From: an uncultured archaeon
GTDB taxonomy: Archaea; Thermoproteota; Bathyarchaeia; Bathyarchaeales; Bathycorpusculaceae
Length of the DNA stretch: 64,000 nt
Direction: 5' to 3'
NCBI GenBank assembly: GCA_963810275.1
Contig: CAWENF010000017.1
Coordinates: forward strand, 1 to 64,000
Made by a program: the position numbers and the translations under genes. Of this stretch, positions 50,878-61,489 are shown piece after piece; positions within the stretch are counted from its first letter, which is position 1; each line of letters starts with the position of its first letter. The notes below the pieces were generated by a model that was not told the DNA's origin, did no database searches, and was given only the letters and a program-made list of their open reading frames with translations.

Positions 50878-53800
50878 ACCCCCTCTTTTTTACTGCTTTG
50901 GCAAGTTCCTCTTGGTACTCCTCGTTTACCTCGCCGTGCTTGTTTAATAGTATCAAGTTGATTTTACGCCAGTCCTGACCCACGCTGCTCCATGTCGGGG
51001 CCGCCATAATGCTGTTTGTCACGTAGTCGTTCAGGGCGGGTTCGCGTTTGACTGTTCGGTTGTGCCAGTCTACGCTGATTAGGTTGCTTCTGCGCAGGTA
51101 CTGAAGGTTTCGAACCATCTGACTTGTGTTTACTGGGAACGCTATCGCATCGTGCAAGTCTTCGGATAGTGATTCGATGGAGAACTCTTCTTCGGCACGA
51201 AGAGATATTGCGGCTATCATGTCCTGCATAAGCTCGGTGGAACGGGTTACGTAGAACGCTCGTTTAGGTACCAATATCTGTTCGAGCCGGTAGGCGTTTC
51301 GCTTGTAGAAGAGTGCTTTGACTACTTCTGCGACCAAGATGTAGCTGACCAGCAAGCCAGCTAATGCGACGTAGAATTCAAGAGGCGGTGGAACAAACAG
51401 GAACACCTCGCCAAGAGGCGTGAACGGCACGAGTAGGGCAAAGGCTATGATGAGTATGCTGCTGATTACCAGGTACTTGCTGGGTTTGCTTTTCCAAAAC
51501 GGCGTCCGGCGGGTACGGATAACAAAAACCACCAGTATCTGTGAGCAGAGGGATTCGATAAACCACGCTGTCTGGAACAAGTGTTGCTGCTCTATTGTTA
51601 ACAGCGCTAAGGGTATGAGCGGAAGGAAAGCAAATAGCATCAAAAAAAACGTTAAGAAATCAAACAATGAACTGACTGGACCTAATGACATCATGAAACG
51701 TTTTATGAAACTGATATCCCAACGTTTCGGGCGCTCCACATATTCGTCGTCGACGCGGTCGGTTGTTATGGTGGATTGGCTAAAGTCGTAGAGTAAGTTG
51801 TTGAGCAGTATCTGCACGGGTAGCATAGGGAGGAAGGGAAGGAATATGGCTGCGCCTGCGACGCTAAACATGTTCCCAAAGTTGCTGCTGACTCCGAGCA
51901 TTATGTACTTCATGGTGTTGCCAAACGTCTTACGCCCTTCGAGAACTCCTTTGGCTAAGACGGTCAAATCGTTTTGGCTCAAGATGATGTCTGCTGATTC
52001 CTTAGCTACGTCAACAGCGTTGTTCACAGAGATACCGACATCGCTTGTTTTCAATGAGGGTGCATCGTTGATGCCGTCGCCCATGTAGCCTACCACGTGT
52101 CCATTCTTCTTGAGCAGGTTAATTATGCGCTCTTTCTGCACAGGATTAACGCGGCAAAACACGTTTGCTTCCTCCACAACCGCCGTGAGAGCCTCGTCAG
52201 TGATGTTGGCGATATCATTACCCACAGTTACGCTTTTGACTTCGAATCTTAGTTCCTCACAGACTTTGCGGGTGACCAACTCGTTGTCGCCAGTGAGAAT
52301 CTTGAGCTCAATGCCAGATTTGCCCAGAAGCCCTATGGATTGGCGGGCGGTCTCCTTGGGCGGGTCAAGGAATGCAACGAATCCAAGGAACACCATGTCG
52401 TTTTCGTCGTTAATCGAGTAAACGGTTTTGTCCTCTTTAAGCCGCTTATACGCCACAGCCAAAACACGCAGACCTTCGGCGCTGTAGTAGTTGTATTTCT
52501 GCCCGATTTTTTTGCGAGTTTCCTCGTTCAGATCCGAGATGATTCTTTCCAGCTCGTAGTAGGAGCAGACTTTGAGAACTTCTTCAGGTGCGCCTTTTGC
52601 GATAAAGAAGCGTTGACCGTTCTGTTCCACCGCAACGGAGACGCGACGACGGATAAAGTCAAAGGGCACCTCGTCGACTTTAAGCCATTTTGAGGTGTCG
52701 ACTTCCTTGTGTTTTAGGATGGCTTCATCAAGCGGGCTTTTAAGTCCCGTTTGGAAGTTACTGTTAAGGAAAGAATATAAGAAGACTTTTTCATCCTCAT
52801 CACCCTCCAAATTTACGTTTAGGATAAGTTTGATTTTGTTCTCGGTTAAAGTTCCTGTTTTATCAGTGCACAACACGTTCATACTGCCAAAGTTTTCGAT
52901 GGCAGAGAGCCGCTTGACTATAACGCCGTGTTTAGACATCGCCATGGCGCCGCGTGAGAGGTTTATGGTAATAATCATAGGCAGCAGTTCAGGCGTCAAA
53001 CCCACTGCCAGTGCCACGGCAAACAGCAAACCCTCAACGATGCCTGTCTCGGTTGGGTTACGTATAGAAATGACTAAGAAAACAAAAAGCACCAATAAAA
53101 AGGTGACCTGCATAATGAGATAGCCAAAGCCCTTGATGCCCCGTTCAAACTCGGTTTCCGGCGTTTTCTCTGTGAGTTTCTTGGCGATTTTTCCGTATTC
53201 AGTTGCTCCGCCTGTTTTAACGACTACGGCTTGGGCGCTTCCACTAACCACAGAGGTACCCATAAAGCAGTAGTTATTCCAGTCCACTAAAGCGCCGGGT
53301 TTATCTTTTGCTGTGATGGTGGTTTTCTCGACGGGAAACGATTCGCCTGTGAGTGAGGATTGGTTGATAAATAGGTCTTTGGCGGCGATGACTCGCGAGT
53401 CGGCAGGGGCGATGTCGCCTGCGGAGAGGTAGATGATGTCGCCGGGCACGATGTCGGGTAGTTTCACTTCCTGTTTTATGCCGTCTCGCAGCACGGTGGC
53501 GGTGGAGGTGACTTTTTGTTTGAGCAACTCAGCGGCTTTCTCTGCTTTGCTTTCCTGATAGTAGTCCAGTATGACGCTGATGAAAATAATTGTGAGGATG
53601 ATTGCAGAGTTAGCGTATTGCTCAAGTAACCCAGAGACACTACCTGCGATTAAAAGAATTATGACAAGAGGGCTTTTGAAGTGTGATAGGAACTCTTTGA
53701 TTGCTGAATGTTTGTGTTCGCGAGCAAGCTCGTTTTTACCAAAGGTTTCCAGTCTTTCTTCTGCTTCTTCAGAGCTAAGCCCGTAAACTGATGTATGGAG

Positions 53801-53920
53801 TCGGCTAAACAATTCATTAGTTGGCAGGGTTACATATTCGTCTGGGCTTGCCGCTGGCTTAATGTTGGCGGCTGATGTACCGTTTGAATAGGTTCTATCG
53901 CTGTTAGCTGCCTTTGCCAT
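50867..53920 (-). CDS. mgtA: magnesium-translocating P-type ATPase (P3B) with C-terminal extension
   Basis: TGES, TPELLP, CTDKTGT, KGAPEE, GDGINDAP, SSNFGNMFS, FQTAWFIES. Confidence 0.93.
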   Translation of the reverse strand: MAKAANSDRTYSNGTSAANIKPAASPDEYVTLPTNELFSRLHTSVYGLSSEEAEERLETFGKNELAREHKHSAIKEFLSHFKSPLVIILLIAGSVSGLLEQYANSAIILTIIFISVILDYYQESKAEKAAELLKQKVTSTATVLRDGIKQEVKLPDIVPGDIIYLSAGDIAPADSRVIAAKDLFINQSSLTGESFPVEKTTITAKDKPGALVDWNNYCFMGTSVVSGSAQAVVVKTGGATEYGKIAKKLTEKTPETEFERGIKGFGYLIMQVTFLLVLFVFLVISIRNPTETGIVEGLLFAVALAVGLTPELLPMIITINLSRGAMAMSKHGVIVKRLSAIENFGSMNVLCTDKTGTLTENKIKLILNVNLEGDEDEKVFLYSFLNSNFQTGLKSPLDEAILKHKEVDTSKWLKVDEVPFDFIRRRVSVAVEQNGQRFFIAKGAPEEVLKVCSYYELERIISDLNEETRKKIGQKYNYYSAEGLRVLAVAYKRLKEDKTVYSINDENDMVFLGFVAFLDPPKETARQSIGLLGKSGIELKILTGDNELVTRKVCEELRFEVKSVTVGNDIANITDEALTAVVEEANVFCRVNPVQKERIINLLKKNGHVVGYMGDGINDAPSLKTSDVGISVNNAVDVAKESADIILSQNDLTVLAKGVLEGRKTFGNTMKYIMLGVSSNFGNMFSVAGAAIFLPFLPMLPVQILLNNLLYDFSQSTITTDRVDDEYVERPKRWDISFIKRFMMSLGPVSSLFDFLTFFLMLFAFLPLIPLALLTIEQQHLFQTAWFIESLCSQILVVFVIRTRRTPFWKSKPSKYLVISSILIIAFALLVPFTPLGEVFLFVPPPLEFYVALAGLLVSYILVAEVVKALFYKRNAYRLEQILVPKRAFYVTRSTELMQDMIAAISLRAEEEFSIESLSEDLHDAIAFPVNTSQMVRNLQYLRRSNLISVDWHNRTVKREPALNDYVTNSIMAAPTWSSVGQDWRKINLILLNKHGEVNEEYQEELAKAVKKRGFNS

Positions 53921-54131
53921 GGCGCCTGCCTTCTTTGCGATTTACAGAAGAACCTGTTTAGCCCATTTTGGGTTTTTTCTCGCCTCTGTATTCTTTGAAA
54001 CTGAAAAAACAGCATCTGTTGGATGGTTTATTTTTTTCGGTTATAGTATATACAACTGTTTGCCTGACTGGGCATATTATAGTCTGTGCGTCTGTTTATG
54101 TGAATAAAAAAAGGGAAAACAGGGTTTGCTG

Positions 54132-54878
54132 TTACTTCCACTTGGTCAAGATTTCCTCACGCTGGAATGTTGCCTTGCTTAAATAGAACAAGCCAATATC
54201 GGCTGCCGCTAAAGCGACTGTGACTATTAGTGCCAGCAAGGTTACCGCCGAGAAAATCGCGCCAATTATCACAACTAGTATTAACGGCAATACTACTAGT
54301 CCGCCCAATTGCTGTGCAGCTCTTATGTCACTGACTCTAGAGGAAACGATTACGTTGGCCAAGATGCTCATAATGCAGGCCAAAGGCGTGATAGCGAACA
54401 TCAAAATCGCCCAGTACACGCTGGGAAACAGGTAGACGCCTATAGTGTTGTAGCTCCAAATGTCAATTATGGGTACGAAAATTGCGGTGGCTATGTAAGT
54501 GACTGCCATACAAGGCACAAACGAGGCTAAGCATTTGCCCAACAGCAACTCGCCGTCGGTGGTCGGTGTCGCCAGTAATGGCTCGAGGCTTTTCTCGATT
54601 TTCTCGCCTACAATGCTGTATGAAGCGATAATTGAAGGCAAAATGGCAGGGATGAGCACGAAGTACATAGCTGACATGCTGCCTATCTGGTAAACTGTCT
54701 GCGTAAGCTCTTCAGAAGTCAACTGGTCAACACCAGCTGTGATGCTCTGAGTGAGTATCAGAGGCATCACCACACCTAAAAGTATAGGCATACCTATAAG
54801 CGAGTAGAAAACGTACTTGTTGCGTCGGATAACGCTGAGGTCTTTTTTGGCAACTATCCATGCTTTTGAGAACCGCAT
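54132..54878 (-). CDS. ABC-2 type transporter permease
   Basis: SIVGEKIEKSLEPLLATP...LLGK; multi-TM. Confidence 0.9.
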   Translation of the reverse strand: MRFSKAWIVAKKDLSVIRRNKYVFYSLIGMPILLGVVMPLILTQSITAGVDQLTSEELTQTVYQIGSMSAMYFVLIPAILPSIIASYSIVGEKIEKSLEPLLATPTTDGELLLGKCLASFVPCMAVTYIATAIFVPIIDIWSYNTIGVYLFPSVYWAILMFAITPLACIMSILANVIVSSRVSDIRAAQQLGGLVVLPLILVVIIGAIFSAVTLLALIVTVALAAADIGLFYLSKATFQREEILTKWK

Positions 54879-55804
54879 TACGCCGAAACCTCCCGTATCA
54901 ACTTCAAATACACGTCCTCAAGCGTTGACCGAAGCTCCGTAACGTACTGCACGTTGCCGCCAGCCAACACTACCGCCCGTACCACCTGCGGATTATCTAC
55001 TTCAGGGTTTTCCAACTCCAGCAACAACTTGTTATCTGTGATCCGAACCGACTTCACGACACTAAGGTTCTGCACAGAAGACAGGACGGGGTCGGAAATT
55101 CTATCAAGGTGTACTATGGTTTTGCGACTATAGAGGCTGCGTTCCAAGTTTTTAGGCGAATCCACAGTGACTAGTTTGTTTTTGAGGATGGCTATGCGGT
55201 CGCAGAGGCGTTCAGCTTCGTTGAGGTTGTGGGTATTTAGTATGATTGTGCGTTTTTCAGCTTTGAGGTCTAAGACGAAATCTCGGACGGTTTTAGATGC
55301 TTCGGGGTCAAGGTTAGCTGTGGGTTCATCTAGAAACACGATTTGCGGGTCATGAATAAGGGCTCTTGCTATGGCGATTTTCTGTTTCATGCCTTTGCTG
55401 AAGCCTCCGACTGCATCTTCTCTGCGGCCCCAAATCCCCAAAGCCTTGAGCAATCGTTCGATGTTTTCTTTACGTGTAGCCTCAGGTACTTCGTAGAGTT
55501 GCCCATAGAAGTCAAGGTTTCGGTAAGCACTTAGACTGTCATATAAGCCGACGTTTTCGGGAAGAAAACCTATTATTTTACGTATTTTTAAAGCATCGTT
55601 GGAATTACTGATGTTATAGCCGCCGACGGTTGCTTCCCCGCTTGTTTTGCTGATGAGGCAGCAAAGCATTCGTACGGTAGTGGTTTTGCCTGCACCGTTG
55701 GGGCCAAGGAAGCCGAATACTTCGCCTTTTTCTATGTGGAGAGTGACGTTGTCTACAGCGTTTATGTTGCCGAATGTTCGAGTTAGGTTGTTTGCGTCTA
55801 TCAA
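54878..55804 (-). CDS. ABC transporter ATP-binding protein
   Basis: GPNGAGKTT, FSKGMKQK, FLDEPT, TH. Confidence 0.95.
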   Translation of the reverse strand: MIDANNLTRTFGNINAVDNVTLHIEKGEVFGFLGPNGAGKTTTVRMLCCLISKTSGEATVGGYNISNSNDALKIRKIIGFLPENVGLYDSLSAYRNLDFYGQLYEVPEATRKENIERLLKALGIWGRREDAVGGFSKGMKQKIAIARALIHDPQIVFLDEPTANLDPEASKTVRDFVLDLKAEKRTIILNTHNLNEAERLCDRIAILKNKLVTVDSPKNLERSLYSRKTIVHLDRISDPVLSSVQNLSVVKSVRITDNKLLLELENPEVDNPQVVRAVVLAGGNVQYVTELRSTLEDVYLKLIREVSA

Positions 55805-55825
55805 GGTAGTGCACCCTTTTGGTAC

Positions 55826-55855
55826 TAAATATCTAAGTAAATATTTAAATTAGAT
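55826..55855. promoter_or_regulatory. AT-rich palindrome in divergent promoter (candidate operator)
   Basis: TAAATAT-N8-ATATTTA overlapping ATCTAA...TTAGAT in the 68-bp gap between ABC operon and wHTH gene. Confidence 0.4.
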
Positions 55856-55872
55856 GCAACCGCTTTCACTTT

Positions 55873-56385
55873 ATGAAAATCGTAAAGGTTCTGGACCAAA
55901 AAACCAGTCCTATAGTCACCGACCTCACAAATCAACTAATCTTACGCGAACTCGTAATAAAAGAAAACTCAATCTCGGACCTGGCCAAAAAACTTAATCT
56001 CTCAACTCTCACAGTGTGGCGCAGAATGCAAAAACTTCAAAATGCAGAACTCATCGAGCAAACAGCCACACAAAAAGTTGGCAACATCGAAAAAAAAATA
56101 TACCGTTCTACCGCCGCATGGTTCGCCCCCCAGAATTACTTCAACTTTAAACCTAAAAACCCGTCTCTATCAGAAGCGTTTGACATTTACCAAGGCATCC
56201 AAAACAGTATGATGGCAGTCATGTCCACTTATAACGAGATACCTAAAAACGCCGACCCCACCGACTACTCCCTGTTCATAAACATGCGAGTCTTCGCCGA
56301 AGTATGCGGCAAACCTGAAGTCCATGCCAAAATTGTGACCCTAAAAGAAAAACTCAATAAATTCGATCCAGAAGAAATGCTATGA
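55873..56385 (+). CDS. ArsR-like wHTH regulator
   Basis: ILREL...SISDLAKKLNLS..TVWRRMQKL..AELIE, EKKIYR. Confidence 0.85.
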   Translation: MKIVKVLDQKTSPIVTDLTNQLILRELVIKENSISDLAKKLNLSTLTVWRRMQKLQNAELIEQTATQKVGNIEKKIYRSTAAWFAPQNYFNFKPKNPSLSEAFDIYQGIQNSMMAVMSTYNEIPKNADPTDYSLFINMRVFAEVCGKPEVHAKIVTLKEKLNKFDPEEML

Positions 56386-56386
56386 C

Positions 56387-56749
56387 TTAGGGTTTTTCGT
56401 ATTTTGAATCCTCAATTCGTTTCTTCATCAATTCTTCATCGCTGAGGTTGTTTTGAGGTTCATTATCTGACTTTGTCGGGGGATAATTGATTTCTGCTTT
56501 TGAGTAGGTATTCATGAAGCTTGTTTTCCCGCATGATGGACAATTAAGTTGCTTAAATGGACCAGCGTGTATACCTGCGAACATTCGTGAGGCGTCAAAA
56601 ACGGCACCACATTTTGGGCATTTTGCTCTCATCAAACCGGGTTTGACCAGAGCTAAGAGCCGAAAACCTACTACTGCCACAATTATTAATGTTACGATGA
56701 TTATTGCAACGTAAGGGTTATCTGTTAAGTCTGCTAGAGGCTGAGACAA
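56387..56749 (-). CDS. membrane-anchored zinc-ribbon protein
   Basis: TM, CPKCG...H.GP...CPSCG, KRIEDSKYEK. Confidence 0.8.
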   Translation of the reverse strand: MSQPLADLTDNPYVAIIIVTLIIVAVVGFRLLALVKPGLMRAKCPKCGAVFDASRMFAGIHAGPFKQLNCPSCGKTSFMNTYSKAEINYPPTKSDNEPQNNLSDEELMKKRIEDSKYEKP

Positions 56750-56758
56750 CGAATATCC

Positions 56759-57016
56759 TCAGAGTTTTTCGTATTTTGATTCCTCAATGCGTTTGCGTTC
56801 TAATTCCTCCTCAGACAACTCAGGTGCAAGATTTTCTTTTTGTTCCTGAGGCGGCCAAGTCAATGGGTCTTTAACTGAGGAGTAAATGTTTAACCAACTT
56901 CTTTTGCCGCAGGCGGGGCATTTGATATAGTGCAGTGGACCAATATGGGGTGCCATAATCGCGGAAGCTCCTGCATCAAAGACCGCTCCACATTTTTTGC
57001 ATTTAACGCGAGTCAT
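56759..57016 (-). CDS. soluble zinc-ribbon protein, paralog of 56387-56749
   Basis: CKKCG...HIGP...CPACG, KRIEESKYEK. Confidence 0.8.
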   Translation of the reverse strand: MTRVKCKKCGAVFDAGASAIMAPHIGPLHYIKCPACGKRSWLNIYSSVKDPLTWPPQEQKENLAPELSEEELERKRIEESKYEKL

Positions 57017-57129
57017 CGTAAATCAGTATTACCCTCCATACGGTCGCTATTAAAACCTTTGAAAAAACCGTCCAAAATTTTACGATGTTATGTAAACCTT
57101 TTCTATAAGAGCTACTTTGATTCTGAGAT

Positions 57130-58395
57130 ATGTCAACTCACTTGGTTTGGCAGCGAACCACCCTACCAAACGGCTTAACCGTACTCCTATATCCTCGTCA
57201 TTCAGCCAACACCTCGCAACTCTCTATAACAGTCAAATCAGGGTCAAACCAAGAACCACCAAAAGCCGCAGGCATAACACACTTCCTTGAACATATGTTG
57301 GCAGGCGGCTCCACTCAACGCATCCGGTTGTCTCGCAGCATAGAGGATACAGGCGGAGTGCTGGATTTTTATACCGACCACGAACAAGTCACCTCCACAC
57401 TCGACGTTTTACCCCAACACCTCCTAAAAGCCCTATCCATACTCAGCAGCCTGCTATTTGACGGCAACTTTGACGCAGAAAAGTTTGAGGTAGAGCGCAA
57501 AATCATCCTAAATGAACTCGCCGAGTTCGCCGACAACCCCTCCATACGAGTAGAGGAATTGTTGCTTGAGAACCTGTTCAAAAAACACTCAGTTAAGCGT
57601 CCAGTAGGCGGTTACCCCAAAACCGTTAAGAAATTAACTTTGGAGCAGTTGCATAGAGAACACCAAAATAACTACACACCAAAAAACATGATTGTGGTGC
57701 TGGCAGGCAACTACGAAGAAAAAACCAAAACTCAAATCATTAGTAATTTAGCCCGAAAAGACTGCACTGCCAACCCCAAAGGTGCAAAACGGATGCTTGA
57801 AATTGGAAAACCCAAAAGCAGAGTTGAAACCGAAAAGGGAGGCATCACTCAAACATACATCTACATAGGCGCAAGAACCGTCAACTCTGGGCACCCTGAC
57901 TCGGTGGCACTGGACATAATTGCTACGACACTTGGAGGCGGCACAACCTCCCGCTTGTTCGAATCCCTGCGAGAAAAGCACGGCATAACCTACGATGTGG
58001 GGGCTGTTCACTGCAAAGGCTCCGACTATGGCTACTTAGGTATAAATTGCGCATTGAATCACAAAAAAGTTCAAAAAGCTACTGACTTGATAACTCAAGA
58101 AATTAAGAACCTACAAACTGCTCCAGTGTCTATGGAGGAGTTAGACAGGGCTAAACAGGTTATTTTGGGCGGGGTTTTACGGGGCATGGATAACCCTAAT
58201 GACAGGTTGGAAATCCTCAACTATATGGAGATGCAGTTTGGCAGTCCAAACGCACTGGAGGATTACGTTAATAGAATAACTGCAGCAACCGGTCGGGACG
58301 TGTGTCAGGCAGCTAATCAATACTTAGACTCTGATTCCCTATGCACTGCCTTGTTGACTCCAGCGAGAAATGGGCAAAAAAATACGGTAAAATAA
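57130..58395 (+). CDS. M16 (pitrilysin/insulinase) family peptidase
   Basis: LPNGL, GITHFLEH (HxxEH), ERKIILNE, SRLFESLREKHG.TY. Confidence 0.92.
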   Translation: MSTHLVWQRTTLPNGLTVLLYPRHSANTSQLSITVKSGSNQEPPKAAGITHFLEHMLAGGSTQRIRLSRSIEDTGGVLDFYTDHEQVTSTLDVLPQHLLKALSILSSLLFDGNFDAEKFEVERKIILNELAEFADNPSIRVEELLLENLFKKHSVKRPVGGYPKTVKKLTLEQLHREHQNNYTPKNMIVVLAGNYEEKTKTQIISNLARKDCTANPKGAKRMLEIGKPKSRVETEKGGITQTYIYIGARTVNSGHPDSVALDIIATTLGGGTTSRLFESLREKHGITYDVGAVHCKGSDYGYLGINCALNHKKVQKATDLITQEIKNLQTAPVSMEELDRAKQVILGGVLRGMDNPNDRLEILNYMEMQFGSPNALEDYVNRITAATGRDVCQAANQYLDSDSLCTALLTPARNGQKNTVK

Positions 58396-58694
58396 TTTTT
58401 TTCAACATAAAACAGCAGGGAGAGGTGCCGCTTGGAGAGGTATCTGCTGCCATCTAAGGATATTTGTTAATGCACAAAGTAACCTAAGCATCACATGAAT
58501 TATTGGAAAAACAGAACTTTGTAAAATGGCAACATTATTGCCTGCCAATCTATGCAGTTTTCAGCTAAATGTTACTTTGGAAACTGAGGAGAAAAAAAGT
58601 TTGTGGCAGCCGCCAGTCATTCACAATCACTTGATTTGTGATTGCCTCATGTAGACACTTATATTTAAAAGACAATCCGTTGCACTGTTTTCTT

Positions 58695-58856
58695 ATGAAA
58701 GACAAAAAACGTGGGCAAATAACAGTGGAAGAAAAAAAGAAGAACCGAGAAATCATTTCTGAGCAGGGCAAAGAAGTTGAGGTTCCAACGCATACCAGCG
58801 AGGAAAGAAAGAAGGCGCTAGAACAAACCGGCGAAGACGCCACACAAGGCTGGTAG
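58695..58856 (+). CDS. small charged hypothetical protein
   Basis: MKDKKRG...ATQGW, 53 aa. Confidence 0.45.
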   Translation: MKDKKRGQITVEEKKKNREIISEQGKEVEVPTHTSEERKKALEQTGEDATQGW

Positions 58857-59019
58857 GCACAAAGGGAAGCATCTCGATTAGAGAAGAGAAAAACATACAC
58901 ATCGGACAACCTATAATCAATTAAATATTTGTCTATAGATTTGACGGTAAATTCTTTACCAAAACTCTGCTTCCAATTCATTTAAGGAATATCAATATTC
59001 GAAAAGATAGTTGAGAGTG

Positions 59020-59570
59020 AACTAAATTATCGTGATTTCTATGAAAGTTTTGGGAAAGCATTCATAGCTACCGACTAGGAACTTAACGTTATTCATTTGA
59101 ATAAGACTGCTAAAGATGTACAACCGTAAAAGTAATCGATGCATTAGGAAAAAAGGTTTATGACTTTTTGCCTGAAATGTTATCGGTTAATATTATACCA
59201 TACTTTGAAGCGCTACATAATAAACAGACCGTCCGCTTTACGATGAAAATGGTTGGCATAAAGACCAAGAAATAATCAATTTTTGGGATATCAACCTACC
59301 CCGCAACTCAAGGCATACTAATTATTTTCGAGGACAAAACCGAGGAAGAGCAGACTAGAAGGTTATCAGCAATCCGTCAGGCCGCAGGTATAGTTGATCA
59401 TGACATTCATAATCCACTTCAAGCTATGATAAGTAACTTGTATTTACTCAAAGATTTTGGTTACGCCTATGTTGACTGCCAAATCCAAAGGACAAGGCCT
59501 TGGTTTAGCGGTTGATAAACGGCTAGTTGAAGACCAAGGGGAACTATTAGCTTTTAGAACCAAATGAAAT
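59020..59570 (+). pseudogene. degraded PAS histidine kinase
   Basis: fragments AFIATD*ELNVIH.NK, RLSAI.QAAGIV.HDI.NPLQA, PML.AKSKGQGLGLAV.KRLVE with stops and an internal deletion. Confidence 0.8.
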
Positions 59571-59780
59571 AAGAAAGCTTAAAGGTATTGTATGTGGCTA
59601 TTGCTATTCGTTAAGTCAATGGTTTAGGTTCATTTCAGGGCATGCATGCGTTTCTCTTTAAAGAAAAAAAGTGTTTTCCATTGACATCTCCACTCAGCAC
59701 GGGATTAACTTTTCATCCTTTGGGCTACCCACAAAGCACTTAAGCGTAAAAACCAAAAGAAAGCGTAAGAGGTTCAAGCT

Positions 59781-59984
59781 TTGAGTGAAGAAGAGCAGTA
59801 CATTGAGGTATTGGCTAACGCAACTGAAGGACTAACAATAGAGTCATTTATTGAGCTTATGACAACGGCAGCCATCATCAATCTAGCTTACAAGAAGCTT
59901 TTTCCTGATTCAACTAGCGACCGAACCTATGAAGATATGTGGGAAAACATAAAGAAAGTAACAAATGAAAAAACTGGCAATTAA
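59781..59984 (+). CDS. hypothetical protein
   Basis: 67-aa ORF with TTG start and upstream GAGG. Confidence 0.5.
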   Translation: MSEEEQYIEVLANATEGLTIESFIELMTTAAIINLAYKKLFPDSTSDRTYEDMWENIKKVTNEKTGN

Positions 59985-60358
59985 TATTAGTTCAAAATTA
60001 ACCTGTATCTCAGTATCTGCTGCAGTATCGTGCAGAGGTGTGTCATTAGTTCTTGGCATCGTTTGCAGTGCCTATTGAAAATATGAGAGAGGATTTCGTT
60101 TTAAGATAAACTCTGACGGCGAGTTGATTGTGTTTTAGTCTGAAGCAAGCAGGGGTATCTTCGTCTTAATTCTTGCCGAGTTTACGAATACTATTTTGCC
60201 TTCTTGTATAGTAATAAACTTAAGAGAATTCTTTTCATTGAACATAAAATTGTTCCACTTAACTAATTGATTTGGGGTTTGACTTTATAAAAGGTGAATT
60301 GAATGATGGGGAAAAATCTTCAAGAAAAGGATGTAGTTATAATAGATTATCTTTTCAG

Positions 60359-61489
60359 TTACGGAATTATTTCGGCGCCGTTATACTTCAAGTAGTCAAA
60401 ATTCGATAGCCCAACCCTACCTTCAGATATTAACCTCTTTATCCGCGGTATTTCTCGTTCAACTGAATGGATTAGCTCCCGCACAGTAAAGCAGACTTTG
60501 CCATAGGCTTCGTCAGTCCAGCGTTTAGCAATGTTGGTGTAGAGACATCTTCCGCCGCACATACCCAAAATGTCGCATGCAGAGCAGGGCTTTTGATCCA
60601 CAAACATTTTTTTAAGTTTAAGGGGATCAGAATCTTTAATATGTCCTAGATAGTAGGCTTTCATGCCCCACATGGTTGGGCAGGGCAAGATGTAGCCATC
60701 GGTTTGGATGGAGTAGTTTATCCACCCGCTACCACACCGCATAAGCACGTCTTTTTCGCTATGCAGAAGTGAATGGGCAATACCCAAAATCGGGTACAAC
60801 TTCAGCACGTCGCCTTTTTGCTCAATTCGGTCAACCCAGAGCTTAACAAGCTTATCGACACCGGGGATATAGCTGTTTTTAGTCCACTCTTCAAAGTTGC
60901 GGCGCTGGTAGTCGTTGCCCCAGAACCCCGCGTTTAGCTGCCAATGAATAGATGTAAACGAGAAGTCAGGGTTGGATAGGAGGTAACGTGTTTGTTTTTC
61001 TATGTCGGTTTCCTCCATGATAGTCATGCGGGCAATTAGTTCTCCACTGTAGCCGTTTTGCTTGATGCGCTTTATGTTTTCCATGACTTTTTTGTAGGTA
61101 CCTTCGCCGCGGTAATAGTCTGTTAAGGCTTCTTCACCGTCCAGAGAGACTAGAATTGTGTGGAAGCGGTTTACGTAGCTTTGCTCGAGTTGGTCAAGGA
61201 GTAGCCCGTTGGTTTGAATCATGTAATGCTTAGGGAATACATGGTCCATTATTCTGCACAGTGTGTCTACCTGTGTTAGTGGTTCGCCGCCGTAGAAGGT
61301 TAAAACGCAGTCGGGGTCTTTTTTGCAGAAGTCTTCCAGTTCCTCCACGTTGTAGTTGAGGATGCGGGGGAGATTGTAATCTATTTCGATGTCGTCTCCA
61401 AAGTCTTCGTCGAAGTCGTCTAGGGTTTCACCAAAGCAGTACTTGCATTGGAGGTTGCAGTTGCTTGTGAGTATCACATGGAAGAACAT
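60359..61489 (-). CDS. radical SAM/SPASM protein (TIGR04084-like)
   Basis: CNLQCKYC, FYGGEP, QTNG, CGSG, CP, CSAC...CGGRC; ends EIIP. Confidence 0.9.
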   Translation of the reverse strand: MFFHVILTSNCNLQCKYCFGETLDDFDEDFGDDIEIDYNLPRILNYNVEELEDFCKKDPDCVLTFYGGEPLTQVDTLCRIMDHVFPKHYMIQTNGLLLDQLEQSYVNRFHTILVSLDGEEALTDYYRGEGTYKKVMENIKRIKQNGYSGELIARMTIMEETDIEKQTRYLLSNPDFSFTSIHWQLNAGFWGNDYQRRNFEEWTKNSYIPGVDKLVKLWVDRIEQKGDVLKLYPILGIAHSLLHSEKDVLMRCGSGWINYSIQTDGYILPCPTMWGMKAYYLGHIKDSDPLKLKKMFVDQKPCSACDILGMCGGRCLYTNIAKRWTDEAYGKVCFTVRELIHSVEREIPRIKRLISEGRVGLSNFDYLKYNGAEIIP

